Below, piece by piece: positions 35,869 to 48,950 of a stretch of 64,000 nt of DNA (position 1 is the first letter of the stretch; each line of letters opens with the position of its first letter). The DNA comes from Fistulifera solaris (taxonomy: Eukaryota). Where the stretch lies: assembly GCA_030295235.1 (NCBI GenBank), contig AP026124.1, forward strand, positions 1,550,001-1,614,000. Direction: 5' to 3'. The notes beneath the pieces were generated by a model. The model worked only from the letters and a program-made list of their open reading frames with translations, was not told where the DNA came from and searched no databases. The position numbers and the translations under genes were made by a program.

Positions 35869-38800
35869 ATGGCTACCGCTAGTGGTGAACTGGATAATGG
35901 GTCGTTTGGACTCAGCGGCCAAGCATCCTGCTGGCAAACTAATCAACAACCCATTCATCCGTTTAATCGAAATCATCAGAAGGAATCTAGTAACTTCTCT
36001 CAGGATGAGAAATCGGTACAATCATCGCATCAAAAAGTCAATGAAAAACTATTTACCGTTAAAGGCGATTCACTTCCTTTGGAACAAGACTCAAGAGAAG
36101 AAAGGAACCAGATCGGAAACGAAAGCGAGCTTTATCAACTTAGAGCATCTGTCGATCCATATTATGCAAATAATACGTCGCATGTTTCTCCTGCTTCGTC
36201 TCCCACCAATACTGGCGTATTAAGGCAGAAATCGGTTGAACGACAGGACGATACCATCTTACATCACGAGGACACTGCTCCCCCTAGTCCCCGAAACAAT
36301 CCCTTTGAGTCTCGAGCTGCAAGAGTAGCAAGGTTAAAACATGTGCGCCCTAAGGTTACCCATCAATCAAACGATAGCGCTCCAAACGGAACAATCAATG
36401 CTGCCAAGGATGATGAGTCAGACACCATGTCACATAGTTCTTCTGACATCAAAAAGAGACTTGAAAACTCGCCGCTGCATAAAATGATGCAACAAAAACG
36501 CCCTCAGCGAGCAATCTCTGCCTCGCCCCCAAGATCACGAGAGATTTCTCATGTTGGGCAGGAAAAGCCAGAAAGGATAAGCGAAAAACTCAAAAGAATA
36601 GCCCGTTCACAGTCTCCTGCGCCATTAAGAGTTTCTGGCCCATACAAAACCGAGTTACGAGACGCTAGTTGTGAAGAACGAAAAGGTAGTGCCAACAGAA
36701 CAGCTCATCCAGTTTTTGGTTACTCAAAAATACGCTAAAATCGGGTCGCGACAACAAAATTGACGTTTATGACGCTACAACTAAGAACTCACCCCCAAGA
36801 GTTCAGTTGCAAGAACATGCAATGCACCAACAAAATGACTCGAATAATCGAATAAGTCAGTCTCCTCCACGGGTACCACACTCTTCAGCTCCGATGCATC
36901 AGGAAAGAAAAGGACTCGATATCGAAAAGAATAGCCACCAACTGCAGCGAGGTAGTAGTCCAAAGCAAGTAGCTGGGCGGTTCCAGGAACATGATTCTTC
37001 AAACTTTACGACTAGGGGGATGAACCAAAATCACGAGTATCACGTGGTTGATTTGCCAAGCAATTTGCTTGTTCGTCAAGGGAAATCAGAATATTTGGAC
37101 CCGACTTTGCTTGAGGTCGCAATGAGTGATGAAAGCACGATTTCCACGATTTCTCATAAGTATAGTGCAGAGGCCGACCGGAGAGACACTTCCGGCTACC
37201 ATGCACTCGAAAGGTCGCGACCACAGCAAAAACAGGAACTATCAAATATGAAACGACCCGAAGTGGACCCATCACGATCTGATCACGTTTGTGACTCGCA
37301 AAGAACCCGAGTCCAAGAAAGTAATCATGCATCTCGCTACCAGATGGCGAAAGGAAGTAGCGGAAGACAGAATAATGCTCACAACAATGAAAAGCCTCAA
37401 CTACTAGGGGATCACGTAATGGCCAGAGCTGACGATGACATTTTCGAGGGACTAGAGGACGAAACGCTGCTCAATGATACAATCTTTCGTTTTGCAGATG
37501 ATGATGATGGATATGTTCAGAAAGATCAAACGCTTGTCAGGCATGACAATCAAGCGACAAAGAATAGAACTCGAGCACCTTCAAGTTACGTTTCTGGAGG
37601 AGGCAGGTACGGTCGCTCGGGCATGGTCGTGGAAAAAAGTCGAGGAACTAAGTCGGTCATATCAGACATCACCTCTGATGTGAAGTTAAGAAAAAATCGC
37701 GAATATAGGAGGAAAGATTATAGCGGTGCAGAGGTTGCTACTATAGATGAAAAAACTGACGTTGATGCCGAAAGCTATGTCGACGAAACGGACATTGGTG
37801 GTAGCCGCACTGTCGACGACACCGTTGGGTATACTGTGGGAGAAGAGACTGATTACCAAGACAGCTACGAAGACGAGTCTGTCATTGGCATTAACACTCA
37901 AGAATGTACTAAGGAGCTCATCATGGACTCCGCATTTTATAAAATGGGATGTGCCGTTGTCAGTTCTTTGACCAGCGTCTTACCGGGTCAAGATGTGATC
38001 AACCAACTTTGCCAAGATCCGCGCTCTTGTTCTCAAGTGCGAACAGGAAAGAATAGCAATTGCAATTTTCTTAAAGGCGATGCCGGCTTTTCGGAAGGAA
38101 ATACCAGGGCACAAGAGAAGACACTTCAGCGAGTGGTACAGGGTCTTGCGAACTCTTCCGACTCTTCCGATACAGATCCTGCCACAAGAAGAGCTCGACA
38201 GGACGAAGAACGAAAGGAAGCGCAATCAAAGTTACTTGACTATGCGAGTCAGGCTATGGGACGTCTCTCGTCTACAAGACGCCGTCAACCACAAGTACTA
38301 GCTCCAATTTTATCACAGACGTCTCAGAGTGGGCGCGGAGGGGCAGGGACGGCATTCTCCGTTTCAGATGAAAAAACCCATTCTGACCACTCCTCAGTTC
38401 TTTCAGTTGTTCAGACTAAAGCTTTAACTGAAGTCTCTGCATCTTTGAGAAATGAGGGGGTAAAGTGTTTGAAACTTAACCGCCACAAGAAATGGCAAGT
38501 CCGATACCTCAAGGTCTCTCAAGACGGTAATACGAAATGCCCAAAAGCGCTTTTGTGGCTGAAGAATCCATCGGCACCGACCACGAAGCTTCCGGATTTG
38601 AAAACGAATGGTCAGGGTGGTTTTCTGTTTTCTAAATTAACAAACATCGAGACTATGCAAAATACGTCGCTTTTGGACAATCTGCCAAGGAATTTGCGCA
38701 AAGATTTTCCCTCGCTGCAGGTCGCAGCGCTTGACTACGACTGTGATGAAGGACCACGGCAAGTAATTATCAGTTTCAAAAATTCTACAGAAGCTGAAGC

Positions 38801-38900
38801 TTTTCGCTCTGCAGTAAAAGTGATCAAGCTTTGGGCCCAGCGGGAAGGTTCATCCAGTTTGGTTGTTGGCCAAGGCAACAAAGAACTTGCTTCGAATTGA
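35869..38900 (+). CDS. Long disordered protein with C-terminal PH-like domain
   Basis: Two adjacent ORFs of similar composition, split ~36720-36800; KCLKLNRHKKWQVRYLKV...FKNSTEAEAFRSAV is PH-like. Confidence 0.6.
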
Positions 38901-39075
38901 GCACTTAAATGTGAGATTTGTAACAACTGCCATTTACAAGTGACATATCCTTTAACGACCGTAATGATGTGATTATTTATACTTCGATTTTTAGTTATTA
39001 TCCCTTACAACATCATATTGACGCCAGGGGCCAAGCAAGGGGATGCTACGATTGCTTGCAAAAATGAATTAGAGT

Positions 39076-41356
39076 TCAACAGATGCGACGGAATGCAATG
39101 TAGCAGCAAATTGCGGTCGCTAGAAGATTTCGATAATCTGCCAAAAATCGAAGATTGAATCGAAAGGCACTCTTTTCAGAAAAACCAAAATTTTCATTCA
39201 AGTGATCCGATAAGGCCAGCGTCAATCCTACAACAAATGACAATTCGTAAGTTTTCACTGCCACCCGCATTGGATCCCCTTTCAATGGAATTTCAGTAGG
39301 GTTACATTTGACCCAACCGTTCAGTACTTCCTCGCGGCCTTTCATTGAAAGCGTTCCTTCCGACGTCCGCTCGGGCGCATCTTGGGTTAAAGCACTAGTA
39401 ACACTTGGAGATTGGACGAGGTTGAACGTAGAAGCGCCAGGAAAGTCATCCCCCACTGACCCAGGAGACGGGATTGATCCAAGAAAAGCTCAAAAACTTT
39501 CTCATCGTTGTTTCCAGACAACATTCCTTCCACCTTCACGAAAGCACGACCAAGAGCACCGAGTTCTCTAGACCTCTTATTGCGTTCCATGTACACTTCT
39601 TCGAGCAGTTTTTGCAAATCAGGACGTAAGGAAGCCAAAGAGATCGATCGTGGCGGTGCAAACGGCTCTAGGTTCTCCTGATGCTTAGCAATTATCAGTT
39701 CAAGCTCTCCATTCAGTAAACGCTGCAATGATCGAAGAAGTTCCGGTGAATACACGCGCATTATCCGCGCTACTACCATCAACGATGCTTCAAATCGATT
39801 CGCAGAAAAGTCTAGCTCGCGAGCGCGACGCAGGAAGATAGCAAGAGGAACCAAATAAAAGTACAAATTCGCGGCAACGTACGGCTCCCAGTTGGAAGAG
39901 TATTTTGAAGGTTGATTGTACTTTATGACTGGTATCGCTCGTGTCGAGCCGCTCTTTGTGTTTTTGTTGAGTGCGTTCCGCGGTGAGAAATCTCGTTTGG
40001 TGGCTAGAGAAGACGAGTCAGAGACATGTACAAAGTCGAAAAAAGACATAGCAATAATAAGCACTCACCATTCGGTTTGTCCACAACATTCCACGGTTCC
40101 AACCAAATCAGCCACAGATCCAACACACTATGAAAAGGAGAAGACGGAACGTGAATGGATGCGTGGCGAAAGGTGGTTCGAATCATGTTGTAGAATGATT
40201 GTTGCAGGGCAGTGGCGGTGGGCGACAGGCACCAGCTTCTGTCGAGACTATGAGGCAGAGCGGGATCTGCGATCAGACGAACCACCAAAGTCCTTAGGCA
40301 CTTCTGCACTTTACTGCAGGGTGGATTGTAGGTCGCCCGGACCAAGTCCCACGAATCTTCCAAATCCCAAATTTTATTCATGCGACGTGTAAGAGTTGCC
40401 GTTGGATCAATTTTTTGCGTCTCGAGCCAGAGTGCCATCAGAATTCGCAAAAACTCCGGGACCGTCGTATGTTCTTTATCATACGGTAAAAAGTACCTTA
40501 GTGTACTGCCGAAGGCTTGATAATAGAGCGATTCTCCGTACGACTCTTTCTTGACCATCATGGGCGGTTGCCGTCCCCGAAACCCAGGTACACTATTGTT
40601 CCCGATGGGTTCCGCCAGAGGAAATAACAACATCTGGAATGCATAATACTGGATGGTATTCAACATGATATCCGGAGAAGTTGCTTCCTTTCCTTCCGTC
40701 TTGGCAGGGGATGTTGGTTTCGTGTTCATGGTCGGAGAGGTCATGCGTCCGCGATTCGTGGGTGTTGCGGCAAACATGGGAGCAGTGGTCCGTCCCACCC
40801 GAGGGGAAGGGTCCGAGCCCTGTAATTTGTTCCGCCGATACAGCACCAACGAATCTTGTTGACTTGAACGGAACAATGTGATTTGGTTTTCGCTCAGATA
40901 AACAGTGGGTTTAGCACCCAACAGTGACAGTTCCAAGTAAGCCAGCCAGGCTTGTTGCGTTTGCTCCGGGAGCACTAGAAACGGGAATTTGTATGCCGCG
41001 TGAGGAAATTGTTCGGATGTGATGGCTGGTAACAATTCTTGCGTCAATAACACAACGATTGGATCTACCGGCGGTGGAGTCCGATGCAGCGCGGTCGGAG
41101 TATTCGAAGAACTACCCAAAGAAGAAGCCAAGACGGAGGTTCCTGGTTTATTACTCAGAGTCATCCATCCTCCTGTATTGAAACGATGATCTTCCTTGAT
41201 TTTACCAAAGATGCAATCGCAGAGACTGGGGAAGAAACGCAAGAAGCGCAGCTCGGCTGTATGACCACCCGCCGGTAATTCGGAAGTGAGAAAGTTCACT
41301 AGCGCCTGAGCCGTTTCTGTCGGCGAAATGTTTCGTTCGAGAAGGTCTTCTATCAT
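39076..41356 (-). CDS. SMPD4/neutral sphingomyelinase-3-like protein
   Basis: VLDLWLIWLEPW, WEPYVAANLYFY, KGDPMRVAVKTYE and NLRFLADYR motifs plus C-terminal TM; intron 40004-40068; frameshift ~39450. Confidence 0.75.
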
Positions 41357-41922
41357 TTTATTTATTTCTATGTAAAGCGGTCAATAATAGGACTGAGTAA
41401 AAACTGAACAAAGCTTCAATGATCAACCTGTCATTGCGTGTTGCGTGTTGGGTCAAACGTCAAACGTCAAACGGTTAAACGGCCGACGGATGAGCGCATT
41501 CATGACTGACACCATACCAATCTTGCCGAAAAACAGACAACACATTGGGACTATAGTCAGTTGCAAAGATCCAGGGGAGTTTTGATTTTGACATCAATGA
41601 TCAGATATTTGTACGGAGTAACATCAAAAGTATTTCATCATAATGATCAGGCTTCTCGGAAAAGATAGCTTGCATTCTGTTTGAAAAATTGTCCTTCGCC
41701 AAACGAGAACACATGGCTGGCCGACTCGTGACCAAAACCAATCTTGTAGTTTGAACCTTACACCTTACTGCAGGATAAGGTTCGGGTGTAACGAAACGAC
41801 ACCACCTTTCTCACTGACACGCAAAAATAATACGATTGCAACCTCGCGTCAGCAGTCAGCAGAACAAAACACGACATTTGCTACAAACTAGTAACAACTA
41901 CTAGGCATTACAACTAAGAATT

Positions 41923-42580
41923 ATGAAAGCTTTTCTTCTTCTTCTCGCTACGTTTCTTCCGAGGATCGCTGCCTTTCAGGGCTTGGCGGCCACTTCATCG
42001 TCGAGATGTCCCACGGCCTTGGCGATGAGTGACGACGACTTTATGCGCTGGGCACGTGCGTCTCGAAGTGCTCAAGATGGCGATAATGTGGTCGAGCTCG
42101 TACGACCTTTAGGTCTCATCTTGAAGGAAGACGAACAACGCAACGTATACGTCGAAACACTGGCGCCGAAGGGGAATGCGGCGCGTTCTGGAAAGGTGAG
42201 GAATTACAGGGGCTTTGTCGGAGGTTTGTGACGAATTTTGTTTCGAGAATTCTTGTTTCGGCTTACAATTTATACAACAGGTAAAAGAGGGAGACATTAT
42301 TACTATGTGCAGTGCTACGTTTGGAAACGAAATGTGGAGTACTCGGGGAGTTGGCCTGAGCCGTGTGCTGGCCGCCATTCGTCTCCGGGCTGGGTCGACA
42401 GTTAGCCTTGTGTTTGAAACGCCCGGAGAATACAAAAAGAAACAAGCTCTGACCAACAAAGAGATTCAGCAAAGAGAAGAAGCTGCTCGTGCGGCACAGG
42501 CAAAGAAGGATAGTTTGCTACGAGAACTCGAAAATGATGAGAAGAAATTGAATCCGAAGAAATTCTTTGGTTTGTTTTAA
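41923..42580 (+). CDS. Plastid-targeted PDZ-domain protein, 2 exons
   Basis: Signal peptide ending IAA-F; RPLGLIL...GNAARSGK|VKEGDII...SATFGNEMW; intron 42196-42280. Confidence 0.85.
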
Positions 42581-42711
42581 ATGCCGTACATACCAAGTAT
42601 GACACACACAACAAAAACTAGCATAAAAATATCGGGATTATGACGGAATCAATTATACAGCAGTTTATCCTGATAGCTATTTATTAATGAATTGCAGGAA
42701 GTTTACGTCTG

Positions 42712-44008
42712 TCAACGTTCTTTCGAAAATGAGCTAGACGGCTTTTCGTCTGAGTCGACTTTAGATTCAAAGCGTGAATTGCATCTGCTGCATACAGCGT
42801 GATCCAACCACAAAGCGAAATCGCGCTCCGCTTCCGCTATGGCTCCCTTGTAGGCCGCCTCGACCTTTGCATGATTCGCATCGCGGCTGGATTCGAGTAA
42901 TTCGACAGTCGATTCCAGTATTTCCTGACGTTCCGCTTCCAGCATCTCACAGCGCTGGTATAAATTTCTCACAAAAGCCGGTAACTGTTCCCAAGTCATT
43001 GAATCATCGCTTTGTAGTGGGAAGAAGTTCGGATCGATTGCGTCGACATTCGCTGCGACTGGTGCGAGAGAATCGTTTTGGTCCTCCGTGGAAAGTGATT
43101 TTACCCTTTCATTGTCGGCCTTCAGTATCAATTGAACATTCTCTGTTTGTAAATCTAAAATTTGATCCATGTAGGCATCTGCTTGATCATTTAACATTTC
43201 CACCTCCCTCTCAGCGCGTATTCTTTTCTTGATCTCGATATCGAGTTGTTTTTGTAGATTAGTTTCGACTCCAGACTTTCTGTAAGATTGTTTGACATTG
43301 GCTTGCTTTAGCCTACACTCGCATTGTCTTTCTTGGGCGGCCACTGAACCTGGCGGTAAATTTATTTCGGTCAAAGACTTTCTTGTGGCGGTCAGTTTAT
43401 CCTTGAGAGCAGCACTTACTTGTCGCAACTCTCCAAGCGCAAGATTAACACTCGATTGTCGCACACCATTACTTGAAAATTGAGCATGATCGTCCTCGGC
43501 TTGGTTCCTTAATAAGCTGTTAATGGCTTTCTGAGTTGATTGGACTTCTTCTTTCAACTCATAAATCGTTTCGAGTAACTCCGTGTTTATACTGTTGATG
43601 GTAATCAGTTCTTGTTGCCGAGTAAAAGCGACAGTTTCTTCTACGGGAATTGGAGGCGGCGCATTTTCAACTTTGCATTGCTGTTTCTCCTGGTCGTATT
43701 TCTCCTGCGATTCGTGCATTTGCTTCGCTAGTTCTTCCGTGTCATCGGTGATTGCACTTGGATGATCAGCAACACTTCTTATCTCATCAGGCCGACCAGT
43801 GAATTTAGAGCGAGTTTCACACAGAACATCAATTAGACAAGTCAATTCGTCACCGACAAGACCCTTATTTTCCTCGTCCCTTAGAGTTTCGCTTTCCAGA
43901 ATGCCAAGAATATCCATTCTGACATTTTTCAGGAATTGTTGCAATGTGTCCACTGCGGAAAGTGTATCCGAAGATCCGACCTTCATTCTTTTTTGTGGTA
44001 CCACCATG
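42712..44008 (-). CDS. Coiled-coil hypothetical protein
   Basis: ~430-aa open frame rich in E/Q/K/L heptads; start uncertain. Confidence 0.6.
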
Positions 44009-44201
44009 CATAGCAGATAATGAATTATCATTGGATCACAGGACGAACAGCAATGATCATGGTGCGCTTTACTGCGGTTTTGCCGTAATTCCTTTCATTC
44101 CCGAGCAGACGCAGACACACACACAGATTACACATCGAAGCGGTGCGATTGAAAGAACAATAACGCATTGCACATCAAAAAAAATCATTCAAACGCAAAA
44201 A

Positions 44202-44474
44202 TGATTCGAGATTATCGACGAGGATGGACGACTTGACATCCATTATTTCCCCCTTGTTCCAATTAAATTTCAAACGCGTATTTCGCCTGTGAGATACGAG
44301 CAGGCCGGGCTCGCAGCTGCGTTCATCCTTATTGAAAAATATCCAGAGGCGTATGTCGTGACATTCATTCCTGGGTCGTGGGATCCCAACATTTGGAGAA
44401 AACCGTTGCTCGAGACAGAAATACTCCGAGTACTTAGAAAGCTTCTTCTAAATAATTTTAAATTAAGTTTGTGA
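44202..44474 (+). CDS. Possible small ORF or gene fragment (~90 codons)
   Basis: Open stretch FEIIDEDGRLDIHYFPLVP...LRVLRKLLLNNFKLSL*; the nearest ATG (44201) is out of frame. Confidence 0.25.
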
Positions 44475-44564
44475 ACACAAACTGATTTTGATTTTACGAT
44501 AGGAGAAGCATTGCTGAATTTTTGTTCCTCTCTTTTTTCGCTGCGTTCTTCTTCTTCTCACATC

Positions 44565-45094
44565 TCCTCTCAAAGGCGACTGAGAGAGGTTTGATGTCCT
44601 CCCCGTATTCAGTTGTTGCCAAAGCTGTGGCCTGCGATCACAGCTTGGGACCGTATGGTTGAATACAAAGTGGGAGCGAATGAAGGGTTGTGGTGCGTAT
44701 GTCCCGAGGAAGGAGGAGTCGTCTCGCGAAAGGGCAATCTCGTGTCGTCTCGACGATTCGCTTGCCTGTTTGCGAGGCTTCCTGCCTTACCGGAAAACAC
44801 GCAGTTGGAGCATTGTGCTGGGAAAAGTTCTTCACCTGAGTTGTGGGATCCATGAGGCGTGCCGAAGAACTGTGTGCGCCGATGATTGGTGAAGCAATGG
44901 TAACGGTTGAGCGGGGTTTGGGGTTCACCCCTGAGCAGCTTATGAAAGCCACATTCGCCTTTCCGCTCCCAACCGGATACATGGGCGTTTGTGATCGCTT
45001 GTTGACATCTGCTTAACGTCTTCGGAGCTCTTGCGGTGCTTATGAGTTATCCTAGAAATAGGTTAGCGGTTACGGGCACTAGCAAGGGTCCCCC
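44565..45094 (+). other. Highly structured RNA-like element (candidate endogenous RNA-virus 3' end or ncRNA)
   Basis: Five consecutive long stems with G-U pairs, GAAA tetraloop and terminal CCCCC (see findings). Confidence 0.55.
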
Positions 45095-45189
45095 ATATGT
45101 CCCAGCACAATGAAAAATGTATACCACACACCTTTCATGCTAACATTTTCTTCTATTCAAAACCAATTTAACTAAAATAATTATTAATA

Positions 45190-46829
45190 CAACTGATGGA
45201 TGCGCGCGGTGGTTAAGGACAACGGGGAAGCTCCTCCATCTGACACTTTCCAATTTCGTGTGCTCCAGCGGGTTTGTGGTTGTGCGGCCTGCTATTTGCT
45301 CTAGTTTTGTCCGTCCCTTGTTGCGTTTACTTTTAGTTCGATAGCATTCACCTCAATTTCTGTCAACGTAGGATACAGATTCTTTGTTGAAGTATTAAAA
45401 AACGAAAGGATGTACAGCGCAGGCATTCGAAATCAAATGTGAAAGCAAGGCGTGCGTTATGCCACCAAAGATGATAGTAATGTCCCCCAAATCAGTCTCA
45501 TTGATATGTACACCTGCATAGCAGTTGTTCCCGTCGATGGAGAAGGACATATGTACGACCTTTGGACTCGACTGTTGGTGCTTTCATGAATCTTTTTAGC
45601 AATACGTCATGACATTGGCACAAATAACAGATCGCAATACTTTTTTCCCTCCTTTGAGTTGCAAACCGATCTCGTGCATGCTACAAACATTTCCGAATCT
45701 CTGCATTCGAACCCCAGCAAGGAATGGCTAGTTGCTCTTCCTCTCCACCTCCATTCCGTCATCGGGGTGACTAATAATGTTGCACGTCGTCCAGGAAACA
45801 GCAGTTCCTATCCAATCCACTTGCTTCACTACTAGTCCTTTAGATTTCAATATCCGCCGTGCTCTTTCTAGGAGGATAGCCAAAAACTCGTGTGACATCC
45901 GGAAAAGAATATCATCGCCGTCAAATGCTGAGACGATAAACAGGGAATCAACGTTGGCCAACAAAGGTGAAATCCAGCGGCACCTAGACAGTGTAGTGGC
46001 GTCATGTTCGAGCTGGTGTCCGTTATTGTGAGTTGGTCGTGCGAACCTTTGTTTCATCGAGCGAAGTTAAACCATCAGTCTCTTGCTGTTGCGTGCGCTG
46101 AAGGCGATGATTTGCGTGCGAGTCCTTTGACTGTTTTCGTGCGGCGGCGATGAGACAAATATCTTGTGTGTCATGTAATTCGTCAGTTTCTGACCTCAAG
46201 TGAAAGTGTACAGCTGTAGCTAATACAGAATAGATAGTATGCTTCGATTGTCGCTGATTTTGTTGGTGTTTCGCCGATAGCAATATCTCGTATAAAGTGT
46301 TTATTAGCTCAGCGCTTCTGGAGCGGTGTAGACACTTTTCGCAATCGACCTATCTGCCTTTTGGCTTCTTTAGCATGCAGGAAACAACTGCGTCTGGTGG
46401 ATATTCCTCGTTCCAAAACAGCTTGATAGTCTTTCGAAAACTTACAAATAGCATCTTCTTTCGAGGTATTGCTATACTCCCATAACTGAACCGCCTTATC
46501 CTGTCAAACGTTTCGATCCAAGTCGGGTTATAGGAGTTCTCGACCTGAGCCAGCGGCGGCTACGCAAAAGCTATAAGAAGAGAACCCCGTCAGGAATTAA
46601 GTAATTGAATGAGCCGCAACGCGATCGTGACATGTACATGGTGTCACAAAGTGTTTTGCTGCCCTGCGATCTGGTCGGATCTTTCGTTTGAGCATTTCAA
46701 AATATGCGATATGTATCCTGACGAGCCATAATCATAACGGGTGAATTGGGGTAGCATTTCTTTGGTAAGTAATGGCCTACTAGGAGTAATTTGGCGTTTA
46801 AACAATTCATCGAAAACCCATTTTGTCAT
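45190..46829 (-). pseudogene. Possible degenerate coding relic
   Basis: Chain of short protein-like open stretches in changing frames (e.g. IVSAFDGDDILF) with many stops. Confidence 0.3.
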
Positions 46830-46861
46830 TCTTGTTTAGTTGCTGGTTGCACGCTCTGCCA

Positions 46862-46900
46862 GGTACCGGTACCGGTACAGTACCGGTACCAGTGGTACGT
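46862..46900. repeat. Short GGTACC/TACCGG tandem tract
   Basis: ggtaccggtaccggtacagtaccggtaccagtggtacg. Confidence 0.8.
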
Positions 46901-47079
46901 AGTATGAATGTGATGGAGCGACTATGGAGCCCAGTGTAAGCACCGTCACGACCCACGACTGCATGTCAGTCATTAATGCATGCAAAAACCCCAAAATGCA
47001 AAATGCAGAACGAACGAAGCTGCCATAAAATCATTTTGTAACTGTTGTTACTGTGATTTATTCGTATTCGTACTCATTG

Positions 47080-48830
47080 ATGGAAAGCAGGCACAGAAAC
47101 AGCGAGAAGCGTCGTCCTCTGGCCGAAAATGAGGCGCTAGAACAGGCTTCGTTCCTGACGCCGGTCATGTTATCGATTCTGGTGACCGAAACTGGTAAGT
47201 CTCGATACTTGTATCGTTCAAAAAGCCGTTCCACTGTTCTTACTTTATATTTTCCACTAGGAGAACGCTTCGCATACTTTGGCTTTCGTGCGGTGCTGGT
47301 TTTGTATTTCAACCAGGCAGTCGAGTATGACGAAAGTCAATCCGTGGCGAACTATGCTTTTGTTACGTCATTGGCCTATTTCTCCCCGATTGCGGGAGCC
47401 GTTATGGCCGATGGACGCTGGGGGCGATACAATACGATTCTCTACTTCGGGATTGTATACATATTTGGTCTCGCCATTTTGACGGCTGCTTCCGTGTTAC
47501 ACGATCTTTCCTTGAAACGACTTGTCTCATTCGTGGGTTTGTTCTTTGTGTGCCTGGGTACTGGAGGGATCAAGCCATGCGTTTCTTCTTTTGGAGCCGA
47601 TCAAGTAGGGCATGCTCCCAATATTCAAGATGATGATGATAATAAGGATAGTGTGGGGCAAATCGAATTGGCCGCACGGGCAGCGCAAGTGCAAGGCTTC
47701 TTTGCCTACTTTTACTTTTGCATCAATCTCGGAGCATTGACCAGCATATCTACCATTCCTTTATTACGAGCTCATTATGGTTTTCGAGCCGCCTTTTTCA
47801 CGCCTCTGGTGTTCATGATACTCGCAATGGCACTGTTTGTGTCCAAACGCCAAGATTATGTTCATCACCTTCCTGAAAAGACGGGTCTTCGCTACTCACG
47901 ACTTGCCGCTACACGCTTTGGCTCTTTCGGAGAAATATCGCAAACTCGTATCCTTCTCTAACGTCCCGTTTACCATTCTTGACGCCAGGATCCTTGTCTG
48001 AGTATAGCGTGTTGCGAAATTCTCTAGACGACGAGACCAAGACGACTAGGGAAGACGAAGTGATTGTTGATGACGATGGCTCCTCGGACCTACAGCTTGA
48101 AGATGCGGCTCAAGCCTTACATGTCTTACCGATCATGATGATGCTCCCTATCTTTTGGGCTCTCTATGATCAACAAAGCTCTGTGTGGACATTGCAGGCT
48201 CAACGGATGAAGCTGCATGGTCTACAACCAGAACAGCTCAACGTCATTAATCCAATGCAGATCATGGTGTTCATTCCATTCTTTGACAAAATTGTGTATC
48301 CAGCGCTACGACAACGTCATGTGAATATTGAACCGCTGCGGCGTATGTCATGGGGAATGTTGCTGGCGGCGGCCTCTTTCGTGATCAGCGGATTGGTGGA
48401 AAATGCGATACAGAAAGCAACTCCGAATTCGGTCGATGTGTTCTGGCAACTACCCCAAATTACAGTATTGGCGATCGCTGAAATATTTCTTAGTGTAACA
48501 GGCTTGGAGTTTGCATACGCGACGTCATCAGAACGCTTGAAAACATTCCTCATGGGGGTCTTTCTCCTTACAACTGCAGTGGGCGACATGTTCAGTGGTG
48601 TACTTTATTCGACCATTTTCGCCCATCTGAACCAAGCCGTTGTTTTGTATGTTTGCGCTGCCTTGATGCTAGGAAATCTTGCCTTATATCAGAAGGTGGT
48701 CGTGTGGTACAATCGTTGTGATGTTCACACTTTGCGAGAGTCATCGGACGATATCGAGATCCAAGCGTTCAAGAGATCAGCCATCCGCGAAACTACATCT
48801 TCAAATAGCCACGACGTTCAAGTTACATAA
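47080..48830 (+). CDS. POT/PTR proton-dependent oligopeptide transporter
   Basis: ETGERFAYFG (ExxER) after removing intron 47195-47260; GTGGIKPCVSSFGADQ; FYFCINLG; frameshift ~47880. Confidence 0.92.
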
Positions 48831-48950
48831 AGGGAAACTCGACGCATCAATTTTGCACACAACGGAAAATTCATACCAAATGTCGAACAAGCAATAATGG
48901 ATTACTACTCCTTCGCAGCTTACGAGCTAGGCAATATCTTTATAAAGACT

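Noticed and set aside
41595..41652. Minus-strand ATGATGA...CTGA as a snoRNA
   Set aside because: Only ~30 nt between boxes, and the 28S-like match (GTTACTCC) is just 8 nt and not adjacent to a D box
44462..45016. One frame of ~185 codons interrupted only by TGA (UGA=Trp mitovirus code or selenoprotein)
   Set aside because: TAA/TAG are scarce in all frames of this segment, so the pattern is not significant on its own
45042..45072. SECIS-like hairpin (ATGA...AAA)
   Set aside because: Lacks the 3' GA of the SECIS core, and there is no recognisable selenoprotein upstream
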